This document shows positions 49,889-63,126 of a stretch of 64,000 nucleotides of DNA, in pieces. Position numbers and translations under genes: made by a program. Positions within the stretch are counted from its first letter, which is position 1; each line of letters starts with the position of its first letter. The notes below the pieces were generated by a model. It had not been told where the DNA came from, searched no databases, and saw nothing but the letters and a program-made list of their open reading frames with translations. The stretch comes from Eledone cirrhosa (lineage: Eukaryota), in assembly GCA_964016885.1 (NCBI GenBank), contig OZ024746.1, positions 34,534,001-34,598,000 of the forward strand. Reading direction: 5' to 3'.

Positions 49889-49969
<81 letters not shown>

Positions 49970-50099
49970 TACAGTGGCGGACCGGGCCACGTGCCTGGTT
50001 ACCCATAATGCCAATTGGGCTCCAGCGCGCCCACGGTATGCTGCGACCCACATTACCATTTCAGGGCCCCCAGTATTGTTTTAGGGGCCAATGCTTAGC

Positions 50100-50830
50100 T
50101 TAAAATGCAGAGGGAATACGAAGAAAGCAAGAACACTGGAGGGGGGAGTTCCCTCATCAATTTTCTACTTGAGGGGAGGGGGTCTTGGATATTTATACGC
50201 TTTAAAGAGAATATACCACTTCACCCCAGGGCGTCAATAACTGGATAAGTTATTGAGAAAACAAAGGAAGGAAAACAAAGGGGAAGAAAACCAAAACAGT
50301 AACAAGTCAGCGAAAAAAAAAACACAAACCGAGCAATGTGCGAGCAACTATAGGTAGGAAATCCAAGACCACTCGATATTAGAACTTAAGTTCGAGACCG
50401 AGTAAAGACAGAGAAAAGGCACACGTCCGATCGCCGCAGTTGTAAGTGAGAAGAGAACTGCTAAACGGTCAGAGGAAAGTGAGAGGGAGAAAGGGAGAGG
50501 AAGAAAGTGGGGTAAGAGTAAATAGTGAGAAAGGGAGGGGAAGAAAGAGGGGCGAGAGTAGAAGTGGCGAAAGAGGTAAGTAGAATGGAAGTGAAGAATG
50601 GTCACAGTGAAAGACATGATGAAATATATGGGGAATAGAAATGGTTGTGTAGATGCTATTTAAGGTAACTTAAAATGCAGTGGGAATACGAAGAAATAAG
50701 AACATGAGGACGCGGGGGGGGGGGGCTCTTCATCAGTTGTCTACTGGGGGTTTGGGATATTTCTGCGCTTTAAAGATAAGATACAGGGCGTCAATAACTG
50801 GATGAGTTATTGGGAAAACGAAGGAAAGAA
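50100..50830. repeat. Diverged direct repeat of about 170 bp (50100-50275 and 50670-50828) around a purine-rich spacer
   Basis: Shared TAAAATGCAG.GGGAATACGAAGAAA and CAGGGCGTCAATAACTGGAT.AGTTATTG. Confidence 0.8.
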
Positions 50831-50871
50831 TATATATATGTGTGTGTGTATGTGTGTGTGTGTTGTATATA

Positions 50872-50926
<55 letters not shown>

Positions 50927-50940
50927 TTAATATAGATGAT

Positions 50941-50987
50941 ATTCTACAGGACTAGAATTGTTTCATTCTTTAGAAATCATCAGGAAT
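50941..50987 (-). ncRNA. Type I HHR, partly eroded; probably the pLTR of the PLE relic at 52985-53610
   Basis: ATTC / CTGATGA / tTTCT-aa-AGAAt / GAAA / ACA...TGT / GTA / GAAT. Confidence 0.65.
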
Positions 50988-51439
50988 CTGGGTATCAAAA
51001 AATAAATATGGTATTTATAGGTCTCTACAAGTGGTAGGAGAGGGTGGGGAGTGGGATGGGTGTAGGTCATTGGTTGATAGAAAAGGAATTCATTAAAAGC
51101 TAATTCTACAAAGCTATAGTTTATTTTTATTAATTTTTGTTTTTAGTAACAAAGGCAGACAGAATTCTATAAATAGGTTCCGGGTGGCATAACATTCCTT
51201 GTCATTAAGTTTCTCTTAAGCTAACATATGTCTATAAGATCAGTGGGGGGTCAGTCATGGTAGATAGAATGAAAGGAAAGGGAGATTCTTTAAAAGCTAA
51301 ATTCATTAAGGTTCTACCAAGTGACAAAGGTTTAGAGAATTCTGTAGACAGATTCAAAATACTGAGTGCATATCTTACAATTATCTTCGAACTTCTCTTA
51401 AACTAATCAACTATATGCCAAAAATCAACAGACACATTC

Positions 51440-51553
51440 ACAAAAAAACACACTCACTCACACACTCGCGCGCAACCATAAACACACATACACATACACA
51501 TATACACACATAAAAACACACACACATATATAAATATATTTATATATATATAT

Positions 51554-51624
<71 letters not shown>

Positions 51625-51822
51625 CACACACACACACATATATATATACACATATATAAACACTCACACACATACATACATACACACAAATATACATGTG
51701 TATAAAAATACATACATATACACATACATATATAGATATATACATATATATATATATATCTATATATAATACATACATATACACACATATATATATATAC
51801 ATATACACACACATACACACAA

Positions 51823-51905
<83 letters not shown>

Positions 51906-52087
51906 CATATACACATATATATATATATATATATATACAAATATACATATACACTTATATATACACATACACACACACACAATATATATACACATATATA
52001 CATATACACAGACACACACATACATACACACACACACATACATACATACATACATACATATACAAATATATATACATATATACATAT

Positions 52088-52135
<48 letters not shown>

Positions 52136-52220
52136 CACATATATACATATACACGCACATATATACACACACACACATATACACATATATACACACAGAC
52201 ACACACACACTTACACATGC

Positions 52221-52251
<31 letters not shown>

Positions 52252-52411
52252 CATATATACACATACATACACAGACATATACATAAATATACACATATAT
52301 ACAAACATATATACGCATATATACACACATATATACATATATATATATATACACGCATACACACATACACACACACACACACAAATATGTATACACACAC
52401 TCTCTCTCACG

Positions 52412-52450
<39 letters not shown>

Positions 52451-52498
52451 CTGCACGCACACACATATATATATACACACACACACACATACACACAT

Positions 52499-52577
<79 letters not shown>

Positions 52578-52624
52578 CATATACATATATACATACATAC
52601 ACATACACATACATACACATATAT

Positions 52625-52671
<47 letters not shown>

Positions 52672-52805
52672 TATACATATATACATATATATACATACAT
52701 AAATATACACACATAAAACGCATATACACACATAGATATATATATATATATATATATACATACACATACATATACACACATACACACAAATATATACACA
52801 TACAA
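51440..52805. repeat. Long compound (TA)/(CA)/(TACA) microsatellite
   Basis: Seen directly. Confidence 0.97.
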
Positions 52806-52984
52806 ATAAATAAGTACTCAATAAATATACGCATATACGCAGGCACATAAAAACACCTCTACAGGCAGAAAATGTAGATAGGAAAGAGGTACTCACATAA
52901 CCATAGTGGCCGTATTTCAGGTAGAGGAGGGGTGGGGGTAGAGTGGGAAGGAGGTATAGGGGGCAATAGGGGGAGGTCGTTTTT

Positions 52985-53610
52985 AGCCATCGGGCTTTAA
53001 CACTGGCTTAAAGTGTTTGAAAGTTGCAAAGTTCTTGTGCATGCATTTCGGGCAGTGTTCAGAGAGTTTGTTCAGTAGCGGGCCCTCGGCGAATAAAATT
53101 TCGTAGCTCTCTGAAATACAAAGGTTGCAGCCCTTGTGTCCTCCGTTGTAAGAGCGCGCTTTCTGGAGTATTTTCCATTTAAGCGTGAAGGGGGTGGAGT
53201 TCCTTTTGAGGTCCCAAACGTAGGAGGCGAGTGTTGTCTGATTTGATTTGTCCGGTCATCTGAAGGAGTGGGTATGGGCATACCAACGGGTCTTAAAGTT
53301 GTTGAAGGTCATGCCGATGTAAGTTTTTTTGCAATCCTCGGTGCCCGAGATGACATCGCATTTGTATACGATATCATTTGTGAGGCATTTGTTTTCCAGT
53401 GGGCATGCTTCCTTATTTAGGCAATTACGTAGAGCCCAGTCCGGGGATTGGGTTCGGAGATGGTTGGCTTATTTAATTTTTTAGATTTGTGGTTGGCTAT
53501 ATTCCTAGCTAGGTTAGGTGTGGTGGAGTAAGACAGTCTTGTTGTGTTCTTATTAAAGATGGTGTGGTACCTATGTTGTATGGGGAAGTGTAATTTCAGC
53601 AAAGTGAAGA
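52985..53610 (-). pseudogene. PLE 3' fragment (linker + GIY-YIG), related to PLE1
   Basis: FPIQHRYHTIFNKNT, CPLENKC, IVYKC...YIGMT, CNLC; contains a frameshift and a stop. Confidence 0.85.
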
Positions 53611-53817
53611 AAATATATATATATTGACTGAAAAAATAGATATATATATTGACTGAGCGGAAAAGAGCAAAGTTCATTATTGAAAGTCTCTGGATTTCAC
53701 AAAATATATTCATTCTTTATAAAAATTAATTTATAGCATTCTATATGTAGGTGGGCCCCTTCATCTCCTGGCAAACATTATTTTTAGACCAAGTTCGCCA
53801 CTATATATATATACAAA

Positions 53818-54000
53818 TAATTGTTTCTACTTTTGGCACAAGGCTAGCAATTACCCAGTACATTACGGGTACTTTATTTTATCGATCCCGTAAGGATGAA
53901 AGGCAAAGTGAACTGCGGCGGGATTTGAACTCAGACCGTAAAGGGACGTAACTATGCTGGAAAGTATGGCGGCCGACCCTCTACCGATACTGCCAATCCA
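53818..54000 (-). mobile_element. tRNA-derived SINE
   Basis: Same family as 42545-42733. Confidence 0.82.
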
Positions 54001-54090
54001 TATAATGCCAATCATTGTAAGTTTGAATCTAACTGACATGCAAAGTCATTTATATATGTATAAGCCCAAATCATGGTAGATTCAAATATC

Positions 54091-54216
<126 letters not shown>

Positions 54217-54837
54217 GGATGGGAGAAATGGGGTGCAACAGAAATGAAACATTCATTACAGGTTAAAATATAGTCCAGTTAGATTAGAAACAAAATGAGG
54301 ATGTAGCTTATGGAACATCCAAATGAATTAGACATTAAGTAGGAGCACAGCATTTCGTATAGAACATTTTGAAAGTAGGTTTATAAGTATGAATTTTCAT
54401 TAGGTTTTCGTTGTTGTCTCTGTGGCCTTGCGGTAGGTACGATAGATGGTGGAGATCCTGGACTTGAGTTCAATCCTAGTACCGTGGTGCAAGTAATTTT
54501 TTCAATTTTATTTTACATCTCATAGCAAAAAAACTGAAATGGTTTACCGGGAGCCCTACTCCTGACCAGGAACGAACTTCAGACCAAGACTCCTATGGTC
54601 TATGATTCCCCCAAATAGGCTGCCGAGACAGCTACTGAGGTATAATGAAAATTAATAATTATAAACGTACTTTCAAAATCAGAGTTAAAAAGGTGTGGTG
54701 TCGTTCATGGCTTTCCTAGAGACATTAGTCATATTTAGGGTGGATTGTCAAACTTCTGCCAGGTTCAGCTCCCCCTTCCTCCCACAAATTGCCATGATAG
54801 AATTATGTGTCTCAACAACAAACTTTTGACCAATCCT

Positions 54838-55056
54838 TGTGACAATCACTTTTACCATATATGGAATTACCCCCTGAGAAGCTCGGCTATTCATATACCA
54901 GGATAAACATTTTTCATTTAGTCCAGAATTAGCGGTCGAAACGGCTTGAGCTCAGCCGTCGGTGTCCTACTCGTTCCTATTACCCACTCCACTACCCTAA
55001 GTATTGAGCAATTTGGTGCGTTATGGTCCAACTGGTTCCTTACCACATTTCCTTCG

Positions 55057-55058
<2 letters not shown>
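54838..55058 (+). mobile_element. Solo PLE1-family pLTR end with a mutated HHR (54869-54965)
   Basis: Collinear with 9941-10158. The core reads CTGAGAA (C3/A8 mismatch) and the stem I 3' arm is GGTGT. Confidence 0.85.
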
Positions 55059-55127
<69 letters not shown>

Positions 55128-55147
55128 TATTACATATATATTATTAT

Positions 55148-56047
55148 ATAAATTTCATTTCCCACTCCTAGTACGGCTGTTACTTAAATATAAGTATGTA
55201 CACGTACATACATATATGTATACAGACATACAGTAGTATGTATATATATATACATACATGCACACATATATATATATGTACGGATGGATTCACCGAACAT
55301 TTATTATAATGCTCGGAGTGTTTGTAAACAAGCATCCCGTATTAAGCCGTAGTGTCCAGCAACCATCGTTGCTCGTTTGTTCAACACTGACAAAGGAACG
55401 CTGTACTACTTTCAAGCTTATTAGCTATCATCAGCAACGTATACCTTCCTGCCAGATTGTTGAACGTATATACTTACCTTATGCATATTAACGGCTGAGT
55501 AGCCCAATTTGCATATCGAGTGGGTTAATCGGCCGGGTGCACCGAATACGATAAACAGGAAAAATGAAACGAAATTTCATTTGCCACTCTTAGTACGACT
55601 GTTACTTAAATATAAGTATGTACACGTACATACATATATGTATACAGACATACAGTAGTATGTATATATATATACATACATGCACACATATATATATGTA
55701 CGTATATGTATACATATATATATGTATACAGACATACAGTAGTATGTATATATATATACATACATGCACACATATATATATGTACGTATATATATACATA
55801 CATATATATATATACGTATATATACATATATATACATACATATATATATGTACGTATATATATACATACATATATGTATACAGACATACAGTAGTATGTA
55901 TATATATATACATACATGCACACATATATATATATGTACGTATGGATTCACCGAACATTTATTATAATGCTCGGAGTGTTTGTAAACAAACATCCCGTAT
56001 TAAGCCGTAGTGTCCAGCAACCATCGTTGCTCGTTTGTTCAACACTG
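55148..56047 (-). repeat. Head-to-tail partial dimer of a retrozyme-like unit, related to the 466-bp family
   Basis: AAATTTCATTT.CCACTC.TAGTACG recurs near 55151 and 55572. HHR and octamer are on the - strand. Confidence 0.85.
55398..55440 (-). ncRNA. Minimal type I HHR
   Basis: Stem I ACGTTG/CAGCGT, CTGATGA, tAGCT-aata-AGCTt, GAAA, AGTAGT (one change from ACTAGT), GTA. Confidence 0.82.
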
Positions 56048-56173
56048 GACACTACGGCTTAATACGGGATGTTTGTTTACAAATACTCCGAGCATTATAA
56101 TAAATGTTCGGTGAATCCATACGTACATATATATATGTGTGCATGTATGTATATATATATACATACTACTGTA

Positions 56174-57020
56174 CGAAAAAGCCCAGTATTACAATGAAGC
56201 GTTAGCTAGAGCAGGATATAGTGATAAAATTATGTACATAGATAATAATAGACAAACTAACCAAAATAACAACAATTTTAATTACGGCAACAACTTTAAC
56301 AACTATAATAGAAAGCATTACAATAATTCCAAAAGCCAAAAAAGAAATAGAACTAGGAATATAATATGGTTTGCCCCCCCTTTCTCACTAAACATTAAAA
56401 CCCACATCGCTAAACTATTTTTTAATGCTCTTGATAATCGCTTCCCTAGAACACATAGGTATCACTCAATTTTCAATAGACCTACTATAAAATTAACTTA
56501 CTCATCCACCAAAAATTTTGCACAAAATATTAATAGAATAAATAATAGGAATTTAAAACCTAGCCAAAATACCGATAATAGCATAAATAATATCCAAGTA
56601 AACAAATGTAACTGTAGAGATAGATCTAAATGTCCGTTAAATAACAATTGCTTAGTTAAAAATATTATATACAACTGTAATGTTAAAACGGACTTAAATT
56701 CTTTTAACTATGTTGGTTCCACCTCGACAGAATTTAAACTTCGCTATAATAACCACAAGCATTCTTTCACAGATCCAAGCAAAACATCTTTAACATCACT
56801 ATCAGGCTTACTCTGGCAACTTAAGCATGATAACTTGGATATTCGACGGCTTGGAATATAGTCTCAAGAGGGATTCCTTTTAATTCATCCTCTGAGACAT
56901 GTGACTTCTGCGCGGAGGAGATATTCTTTATACTAAAATCTAAAAATTCCCTTAATTTACGGACAAATTTATTCAGTTGCTGCAGACATAGATTGAACTC
57001 AACTTTTAAATATAAATATA
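56174..57020 (+). pseudogene. PLE 3' fragment (RT end, linker, GIY-YIG), AT-rich, frameshift near 56845
   Basis: YYNEALARAGY, RNIIWFAPPFS, CNCRDRSKCPLNNNC, IIYNC...YVGST. Confidence 0.88.
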
Positions 57021-58044
57021 AATTTTAAATGTAGTATATTTACTTATGTTTTATAATTATTTATGAAACTCGCCGATAAATCTTTCGATTTCTTTTTTTT
57101 TTTTTTAAACATTCTTCATGAATAATTAGACTACCCTAAAAGCTGATGCTCCAAATATATCGAATAAAGTTTACACTAGATAAACTTCTATAATAAATAT
57201 AAGACCATCTGTAGATCAAATGGGTATCCTAAACTTTTGGAATGATTTCTGCTAGACAGGATTTGGTAAATAATTTTGGTTTTGTTTGCTTTTGATTCTG
57301 ATGCTTATAATGAACTTGGCAATATATTGTCAATTAATTTTGAAGGTTTGATCTCTGTGGTTGATTTGCGGGGCATACTGTGTTTTATTTTTAATAATTT
57401 TTAACTTTTTAATATTTTTATTGATATATTGATATCTGTTGTCTATTTATGCTTTAACGATAATCATGTAGAGTAAAGACAAGAATAGTATTGTTAAAAT
57501 TAAAGTAGATTCTATATATATTTGTGTGTATGTACACATATATGTATACTAGAATTTTTATAGCACAATGAGAATGTTTTCATGTGAAATAGGAATTTGC
57601 AGAGTTGATCACGTAAATTCACATGGAAGTCTATAGTATCGAATCTGGGATAACCTTCTATTTTCTTTTTCTTTTTCTTTTTTCATGAAAGTGCATATAT
57701 ATTTATGTATTTCAATTTTTTTTCAAGTTTTTTATCTCAGTTTTTTATCTCAGTTTTTTATCTCAGTTTTTTTATTTCATTTTTACTCCGTTCTGATATA
57801 AACCTAGGAATTTTAAACTAGACATATGATCATTATTTTTCACACATTATTGATACGTGTCTCATTCATGAATACTGATATTTACATTATAATACCTAAT
57901 TCATACGAATTGATATTTTTACATTGATGAAACATAATGTTTTAAATCTGCCTCGTTTATCTCTGGATATTTTTCTTTTCTCTCTATGTAACGGCTGTTT
58001 TCTCTCCTAACCACATATATCTCTCTCTACCTTAATACTAGAAC

Positions 58045-58075
<31 letters not shown>

Positions 58076-58156
58076 ATATATCATTGATACGTCATTCAAC
58101 TGGTGCCCAACTACCTATTTTCTTTCTCTCTATCTCTATCTATATCTATCTCTCTC

Positions 58157-58251
<95 letters not shown>

Positions 58252-58514
58252 ATCCCTCTGTGTTTTTTCTCTCTCTATCTATCACTCTCTGTTTCTTTAC
58301 ATGAATTTCTTCTCTCTATCTATCTCTCTATATCTATCTCTCTCTGTTTAGTTGCATGCATTTCTTCTTTTTCTTCGCTTTTTTTCTTTTTTTTTCTTTC
58401 TTTCTTTTTATAACTGTCCCTAACATTTTTCACTACCAAATCAACTTTTTAAATGGAAGTTGAAGTTGTAAGGTATGTCAAATCTATCTATTTATAAGAC
58501 TGTTTATATTGTAG

Positions 58515-58572
58515 TTTGTCTGAAGAAGGCATACCATATTTTTAATATGATATCCCTGAAATATATATAATG
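58515..58572 (+). ncRNA. Eroded HHR, probable pLTR end of the 56174 PLE
   Basis: CTGAAGA, 14-bp stem II AGGCATACCATATT/AATATGATATCCCT (2 mismatches), GAAA, ATATAT. Stem I register is unclear. Confidence 0.5.
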
Positions 58573-58617
58573 AAATAAATATGGTTTTATAAATATAGTT
58601 TCCATTTATTTAATATC

Positions 58618-58646
<29 letters not shown>

Positions 58647-58653
<7 letters not shown>

Positions 58654-61600
58654 ATACTTGGGGAGGGTCATATTTGCGTAATATTGCCAGAATTAATAAC
58701 AGAACACACTCACTGTTTGGTTGGTTTTCGCTTCTCGCTGTCTTTTATATCTGCAATCTAACTTACTCGGTCCTCAATGTTGCCATTGACTGACCGACGG
58801 TCAAAAATAATACAGATACAATATAGACACAAACACATATATATAGTTTACATAATTTACATAAATCTTTCGGTGCACATCTGCAACATCGTCAGTGGTG
58901 TTATATTCTTTGTTCCTCCTGTTGTGTTGTATGTCTACGCCATTTTTTTATTCAGTCTGTCTATATATTTATTTATTTATTTGCTTGTTTGTGTATCTTA
59001 TATTATTTTGTCTTCTTTGCGCATGCGTTTGCGTGTGTGCATAGTGTTATGTGTGCTGTGTGACTAGTGTGTATAGTGTTGTGTCTGCTGGGTGACTAGT
59101 GTGTGTTTATGTGCTTGTTGTTATTGTGCTTGTGTATGTATTTATTTATCTTATTTTATTTTATTTTATTTACTTATTTATATTTCTCTTAGGTCAGTGT
59201 TGTTTGTTTGGGTGTTGTTGTTGTTCCACTCATTCTATCTGTTTAGCTTTGGTCTTCTAATTTCTATTTCACTGGCCTCTCTGATTTGCCTATCTGCTGG
59301 GTCATTCCTATGTTTAGATATTATTCTAATTTCTATGTTGTCTATGTTACCGTCATGTTGTTGTCTAGCATGTTCGTATAGTACTGACTTGTTTGTTCGT
59401 CCTTTTAGTTCCCCCCAGTGTTGGTCTATCCTTTCACCTATGCTACGAGCTGTCTCACCTATGTATGATGTTGTCATGTTTCTGAAAGTACCCTCTGTAC
59501 ATCTTATGCTATAGATTACGTTTCTAGTTTTACAGTTTATCCGGGGGTTCACCTTACATATGATACATTTCCTATTGGTACAGTGGGTTTTCTTAAAAGG
59601 GTAAGTTTCGCTGATCAGGGATTTTATGGTGGTTCCTGGCTTTTCTACCACCTTTATGTTTAAGTGGGTCTTTCTCAGGGCCTTTCTACACTGGTTAGCT
59701 AATTTCCCTCCAGGGGTGGCGTCCACAAACATGACACTCTGATATCTCTGGTTGTCGTACCATGATGTGGCCTTCCCTATCTTATGTCTAGCCCTATCTA
59801 AGCTATTCCATGATTTGCTCCTGCATAGTGGGCAAATTCCTTTCATGTCCAGTTCTATGAGGGTCTTATACTTTTCCATGGCTCCTTCGTATACTCTGAC
59901 TCTGTCTCTTTGGTTGTAGCCAGAGAACTGCATGCGGTTGATGCAGTGTTGGATGTGTCTTTCCATTTCTGTTGGGTCGCACATGCTGGACACATTCTTC
60001 ATCACTCGTACCAAATCTGCGATCAGAATATTAAACTTAGCACTACTGGACATTGCTGAGTTTTTGAGTATCAGGTATTTGGAGGCCATGGGTTCAGCAT
60101 AGTGTGAGTGGAGAATTTGGGCTCTCTCGTCTATAGTGTTAATCCAGAGTTCTGTGTCTAATACCGGTAGTCTATTGTTAGGGTGTTTGGAAGGGAAGTC
60201 GATAGTTACAGTTATACTCTGGTGTATGGAATTAGCTATCTGCTGGATGCTTTCCAACGTGCTACGTTCTAAATCAAACCTGTTAATGCTCTCTAGTGGG
60301 GATGTTCTTATAACTATATTGATATCGTCTACATAACGAGAGTACATGATGAGGTCTATGGAGCTTTCATTAAGGAGATCTTTAAGTCTCCTTTCCCACC
60401 ATACCATGAAAAGGTTGGCAACATCACCAGCTATGCTGACGCCGATGGCTGCTCCCTCATTTTGGGTGTAGATTTTCTCATTGAACTTAAATATGTGGCC
60501 CTTTAGGGTAGTTTTGATACTAGCCCCTATTGCATGTGCGACAATTTTTCTTACCTGATCAGTCTTTTGGGGGGTCCGTATAGCTTTGGTCCACCCAATC
60601 CACCTTCCTATGGGAGTCTTTTTAGCCATTGAGGTTATGGTGGGGGGTCTACCTCTTATATGTCTACTAGGGCAGAAACATCTAAGGTCATGGCTGTCTA
60701 GGTAGTCAGTGTCGTAGGTAAGTTTAAGTAGGAGGCCCAGTTCATCTGTGTCGACGTCGCAGAACTCCACTTCACTCTCAATGATCATCTCCACACATCT
60801 TTTCACAGCAAAATCAATGTTAATGGATGGGTACAGTGACACCACATCCATACTGCCTATTATGCAGTTGGATAGGCTCCTGTTTTTGTTGCACTCACTG
60901 ATTCTGCTGAGAAGGTCCTCTGTACTTTCACATACATATGGGGACATCTTGATTATGGGGCGTATAACCATTGAGAGGAAGTAGGAGATCCTGTAGTTGC
61001 TAGCTATATTAGCTCCGCATACGTGTCTTATTGGTGGTCCTGTTGTCGGGTCGTCGACTGTCTTGTGGTCTTTGCAGAGCCCATACAAGGGTGGTATGCC
61101 ATTGTTAGACGCCTGGAAGTTGTTGGCAGTGCGTCTGCTTGGCTTTAGGATGTCAGTCCACATCATCATGTGAGCGTTGAGGATTTTTTCTCTCCCATCA
61201 TGTGTTTGTTGTGCAACCTCGCTCGTGTTGGTGATGTGGGGTTGCATAGCCTCGATGTAGTTCGGCATGCTATCTATTGACATCCTACCAGACTTATCTG
61301 TGGGTAGACACACTACCTCACCATCCGTTGTGCGCTGCTTGAGGCTAACCAAGCCTTCTACATGTTTTCTCCCAAGTTGTTGGGCTTCTGGTCTGCTCTG
61401 TCTCATAGTATACCTGTCTACTACTTGTCTAATCTTATTTCTAGCTATGGTGCACTGTGCCTCCGTCTCGTCATCTATTTGCTGTGGTATGCAAACTCTT
61501 TTATTAAAGGGTAACCTCGTAGGATAGATATTACCCATCTTATATGTTTTGTCAGCTGGGTTGAAAAATAGTTTCTCTAAGGGGTCGTCGTTATATCTAT

Positions 61601-62528
61601 CGTCATAGTTGTGTGTGTTGCTATTATTGCTATCATGGTGGTTGTTGTTGTTTCTATCATTAGCATTATTATTATTGTTATGATTGCTAGATGTATTGTT
61701 GTTTACTTCACCGTTATTGTTGTTGTTGTTACTGTTATTTCTACCATTGTGGTTGTTACTATTATTATGTTTCTTGTTTTTGTTGATGTTGCTACATGTA
61801 CTATTTCCATTATTACCACTGTGGTTATTGTTGTTGTTGTTCGTATTGTTACCGTTATTACTACTGTGGTCACTGTCGCTGTGTCTGTGGTTAACGTTTC
61901 GATTATTATTATTATTGTGGTTGTTGTTGTTCCGTCTATCGCTAGTATTATTGCCATTATCACTATTTCTCACTTTCCTGCCATTGTTATGGTTATGGCT
62001 GTTATTTCTATACCCAGAGTTATTGTTTATATTACTACTACCGTTATTATTGTTGTTGTTGTTTACCTTTGCATTCCAACGTATTTTTGTGAAACACTTT
62101 TCCAGCTCCGTTTTGCATTCCATAGGGTTAATCTTTTTGTAGATGGCAAATGTTGGTGGTAACCTTAGGATTTGTTGTTCTTGTTCACTGATTAAAGTGT
62201 TCCCATAGATATTTACTGTGTGGTCATTGGTAAATTCTTCCGGTAGTTTTACATCAGTCATACGGATATTGTCGATGATATCTGGGTATTTTTGAGAATA
62301 TTCGATTTTCCTTTCTTGTAGTTTTTTCTTGTTCATCCATTCTAATTTCTTCTTGAAATGCCTACAGGATTCGTTTCGAGCGTATTTCGTTTCGCGTCGG
62401 ATGACGCTCATGAAGTCATCTCTCTCGTTTGCTGTGATGAGATTTCGGATTTCCTTACCGTTAATGCGTTTCTGTTATTAATTCTGGCAATATTACGCAA
62501 ATATGACCCTCCCCAAGTATAACAATAT
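58647..62528 (-). mobile_element. Penelope-like element 3 bounded by 58-bp inverted repeats
   Basis: 58647-58704 is the reverse complement of about 62470-62527. Confidence 0.9.
59235..62411 (-). CDS. PLE RT + GIY-YIG (1058 aa) with an Asn-rich insert
   Basis: PTDKSG, KDHK, MDVVSLYP, GAAIG, RYVDD, LPVLD, C-X4-C-X2-C linker, VIYSIRC...YIGET. Confidence 0.9.
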   Translation of the reverse strand: MSVIRRETKYARNESCRHFKKKLEWMNKKKLQERKIEYSQKYPDIIDNIRMTDVKLPEEFTNDHTVNIYGNTLISEQEQQILRLPPTFAIYKKINPMECKTELEKCFTKIRWNAKVNNNNNNNGSSNINNNSGYRNNSHNHNNGRKVRNSDNGNNTSDRRNNNNHNNNNNRNVNHRHSDSDHSSNNGNNTNNNNNNHSGNNGNSTCSNINKNKKHNNSNNHNGRNNSNNNNNNGEVNNNTSSNHNNNNNANDRNNNNHHDSNNSNTHNYDDRYNDDPLEKLFFNPADKTYKMGNIYPTRLPFNKRVCIPQQIDDETEAQCTIARNKIRQVVDRYTMRQSRPEAQQLGRKHVEGLVSLKQRTTDGEVVCLPTDKSGRMSIDSMPNYIEAMQPHITNTSEVAQQTHDGREKILNAHMMMWTDILKPSRRTANNFQASNNGIPPLYGLCKDHKTVDDPTTGPPIRHVCGANIASNYRISYFLSMVIRPIIKMSPYVCESTEDLLSRISECNKNRSLSNCIIGSMDVVSLYPSINIDFAVKRCVEMIIESEVEFCDVDTDELGLLLKLTYDTDYLDSHDLRCFCPSRHIRGRPPTITSMAKKTPIGRWIGWTKAIRTPQKTDQVRKIVAHAIGASIKTTLKGHIFKFNEKIYTQNEGAAIGVSIAGDVANLFMVWWERRLKDLLNESSIDLIMYSRYVDDINIVIRTSPLESINRFDLERSTLESIQQIANSIHQSITVTIDFPSKHPNNRLPVLDTELWINTIDERAQILHSHYAEPMASKYLILKNSAMSSSAKFNILIADLVRVMKNVSSMCDPTEMERHIQHCINRMQFSGYNQRDRVRVYEGAMEKYKTLIELDMKGICPLCRSKSWNSLDRARHKIGKATSWYDNQRYQSVMFVDATPGGKLANQCRKALRKTHLNIKVVEKPGTTIKSLISETYPFKKTHCTNRKCIICKVNPRINCKTRNVIYSIRCTEGTFRNMTTSYIGETARSIGERIDQHWGELKGRTNKSVLYEHARQQHDGNIDNIEIRIISKHRNDPADRQIREASEIEIRRPKLNR

Positions 62529-62589
62529 CTGTTTCGACATACGATTTCATATAAAAAACCTCGCTAAACTAATTCATCGCCGCTATATA

Positions 62590-62661
62590 TATATCTATAT
62601 ATATATATGTAAGTATGTATGTATATGTACATACATATATGTATACAGACGTACAGTAGCA

Positions 62662-62721
<60 letters not shown>

Positions 62722-63126
62722 CATATATGCACGCATGAGTTTAGCGGACGCTTATTATAACGCCGCTTTGTTCGTTTGTAAACAAACTGAACAGCCTGAA
62801 TTTATGCCATACGGTGTTAAGGCAACCACGTCACCTTTTTTTTTTTTTTTTTTTTTCGTTCAACACTGACACAGGAACGATGTACTAGTTTCAAGCTTGA
62901 TAGCTATCATCAGCACCGTATACCCATCTGCCAGACAGTTGAACGTTCGAAAGTATATACTTTCCTTATGAAAATTAACGGCTGAGCAGCCTAATTTGCA
63001 TATTGAGTGAGTTAAATCGGTCAGGCATACCGAAAACGATAAGTTGAAAATATACATACATAAGTTACATTTAAGTAAGTGCCATACTAAGAGTGAGAAA
63101 TGAAATTTCGTTTTCATTTTTTTCAA

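Noticed and set aside
50718-50740. CTGATGA on the - strand as an HHR
   Set aside because: No GAAA or closing stem I at a suitable distance.
51454-52896. Long [12 protein letters not shown] ORFs here and at 2.3, 5, 6.1-6.7, 20.2, 33 and 55.6 kb
   Set aside because: These are translations of dinucleotide microsatellites that lack stop codons.
58700-58785. HHR in the PLE3 terminal repeat (TTGAGGA...GAAA, - strand)
   Set aside because: U3/G8 core, and stems II/III could not be paired convincingly.
58647-62528. DNA transposon with terminal inverted repeats
   Set aside because: The enclosed ORF is RT + GIY-YIG; the inverted ends are better explained as a PLE 5' inversion.
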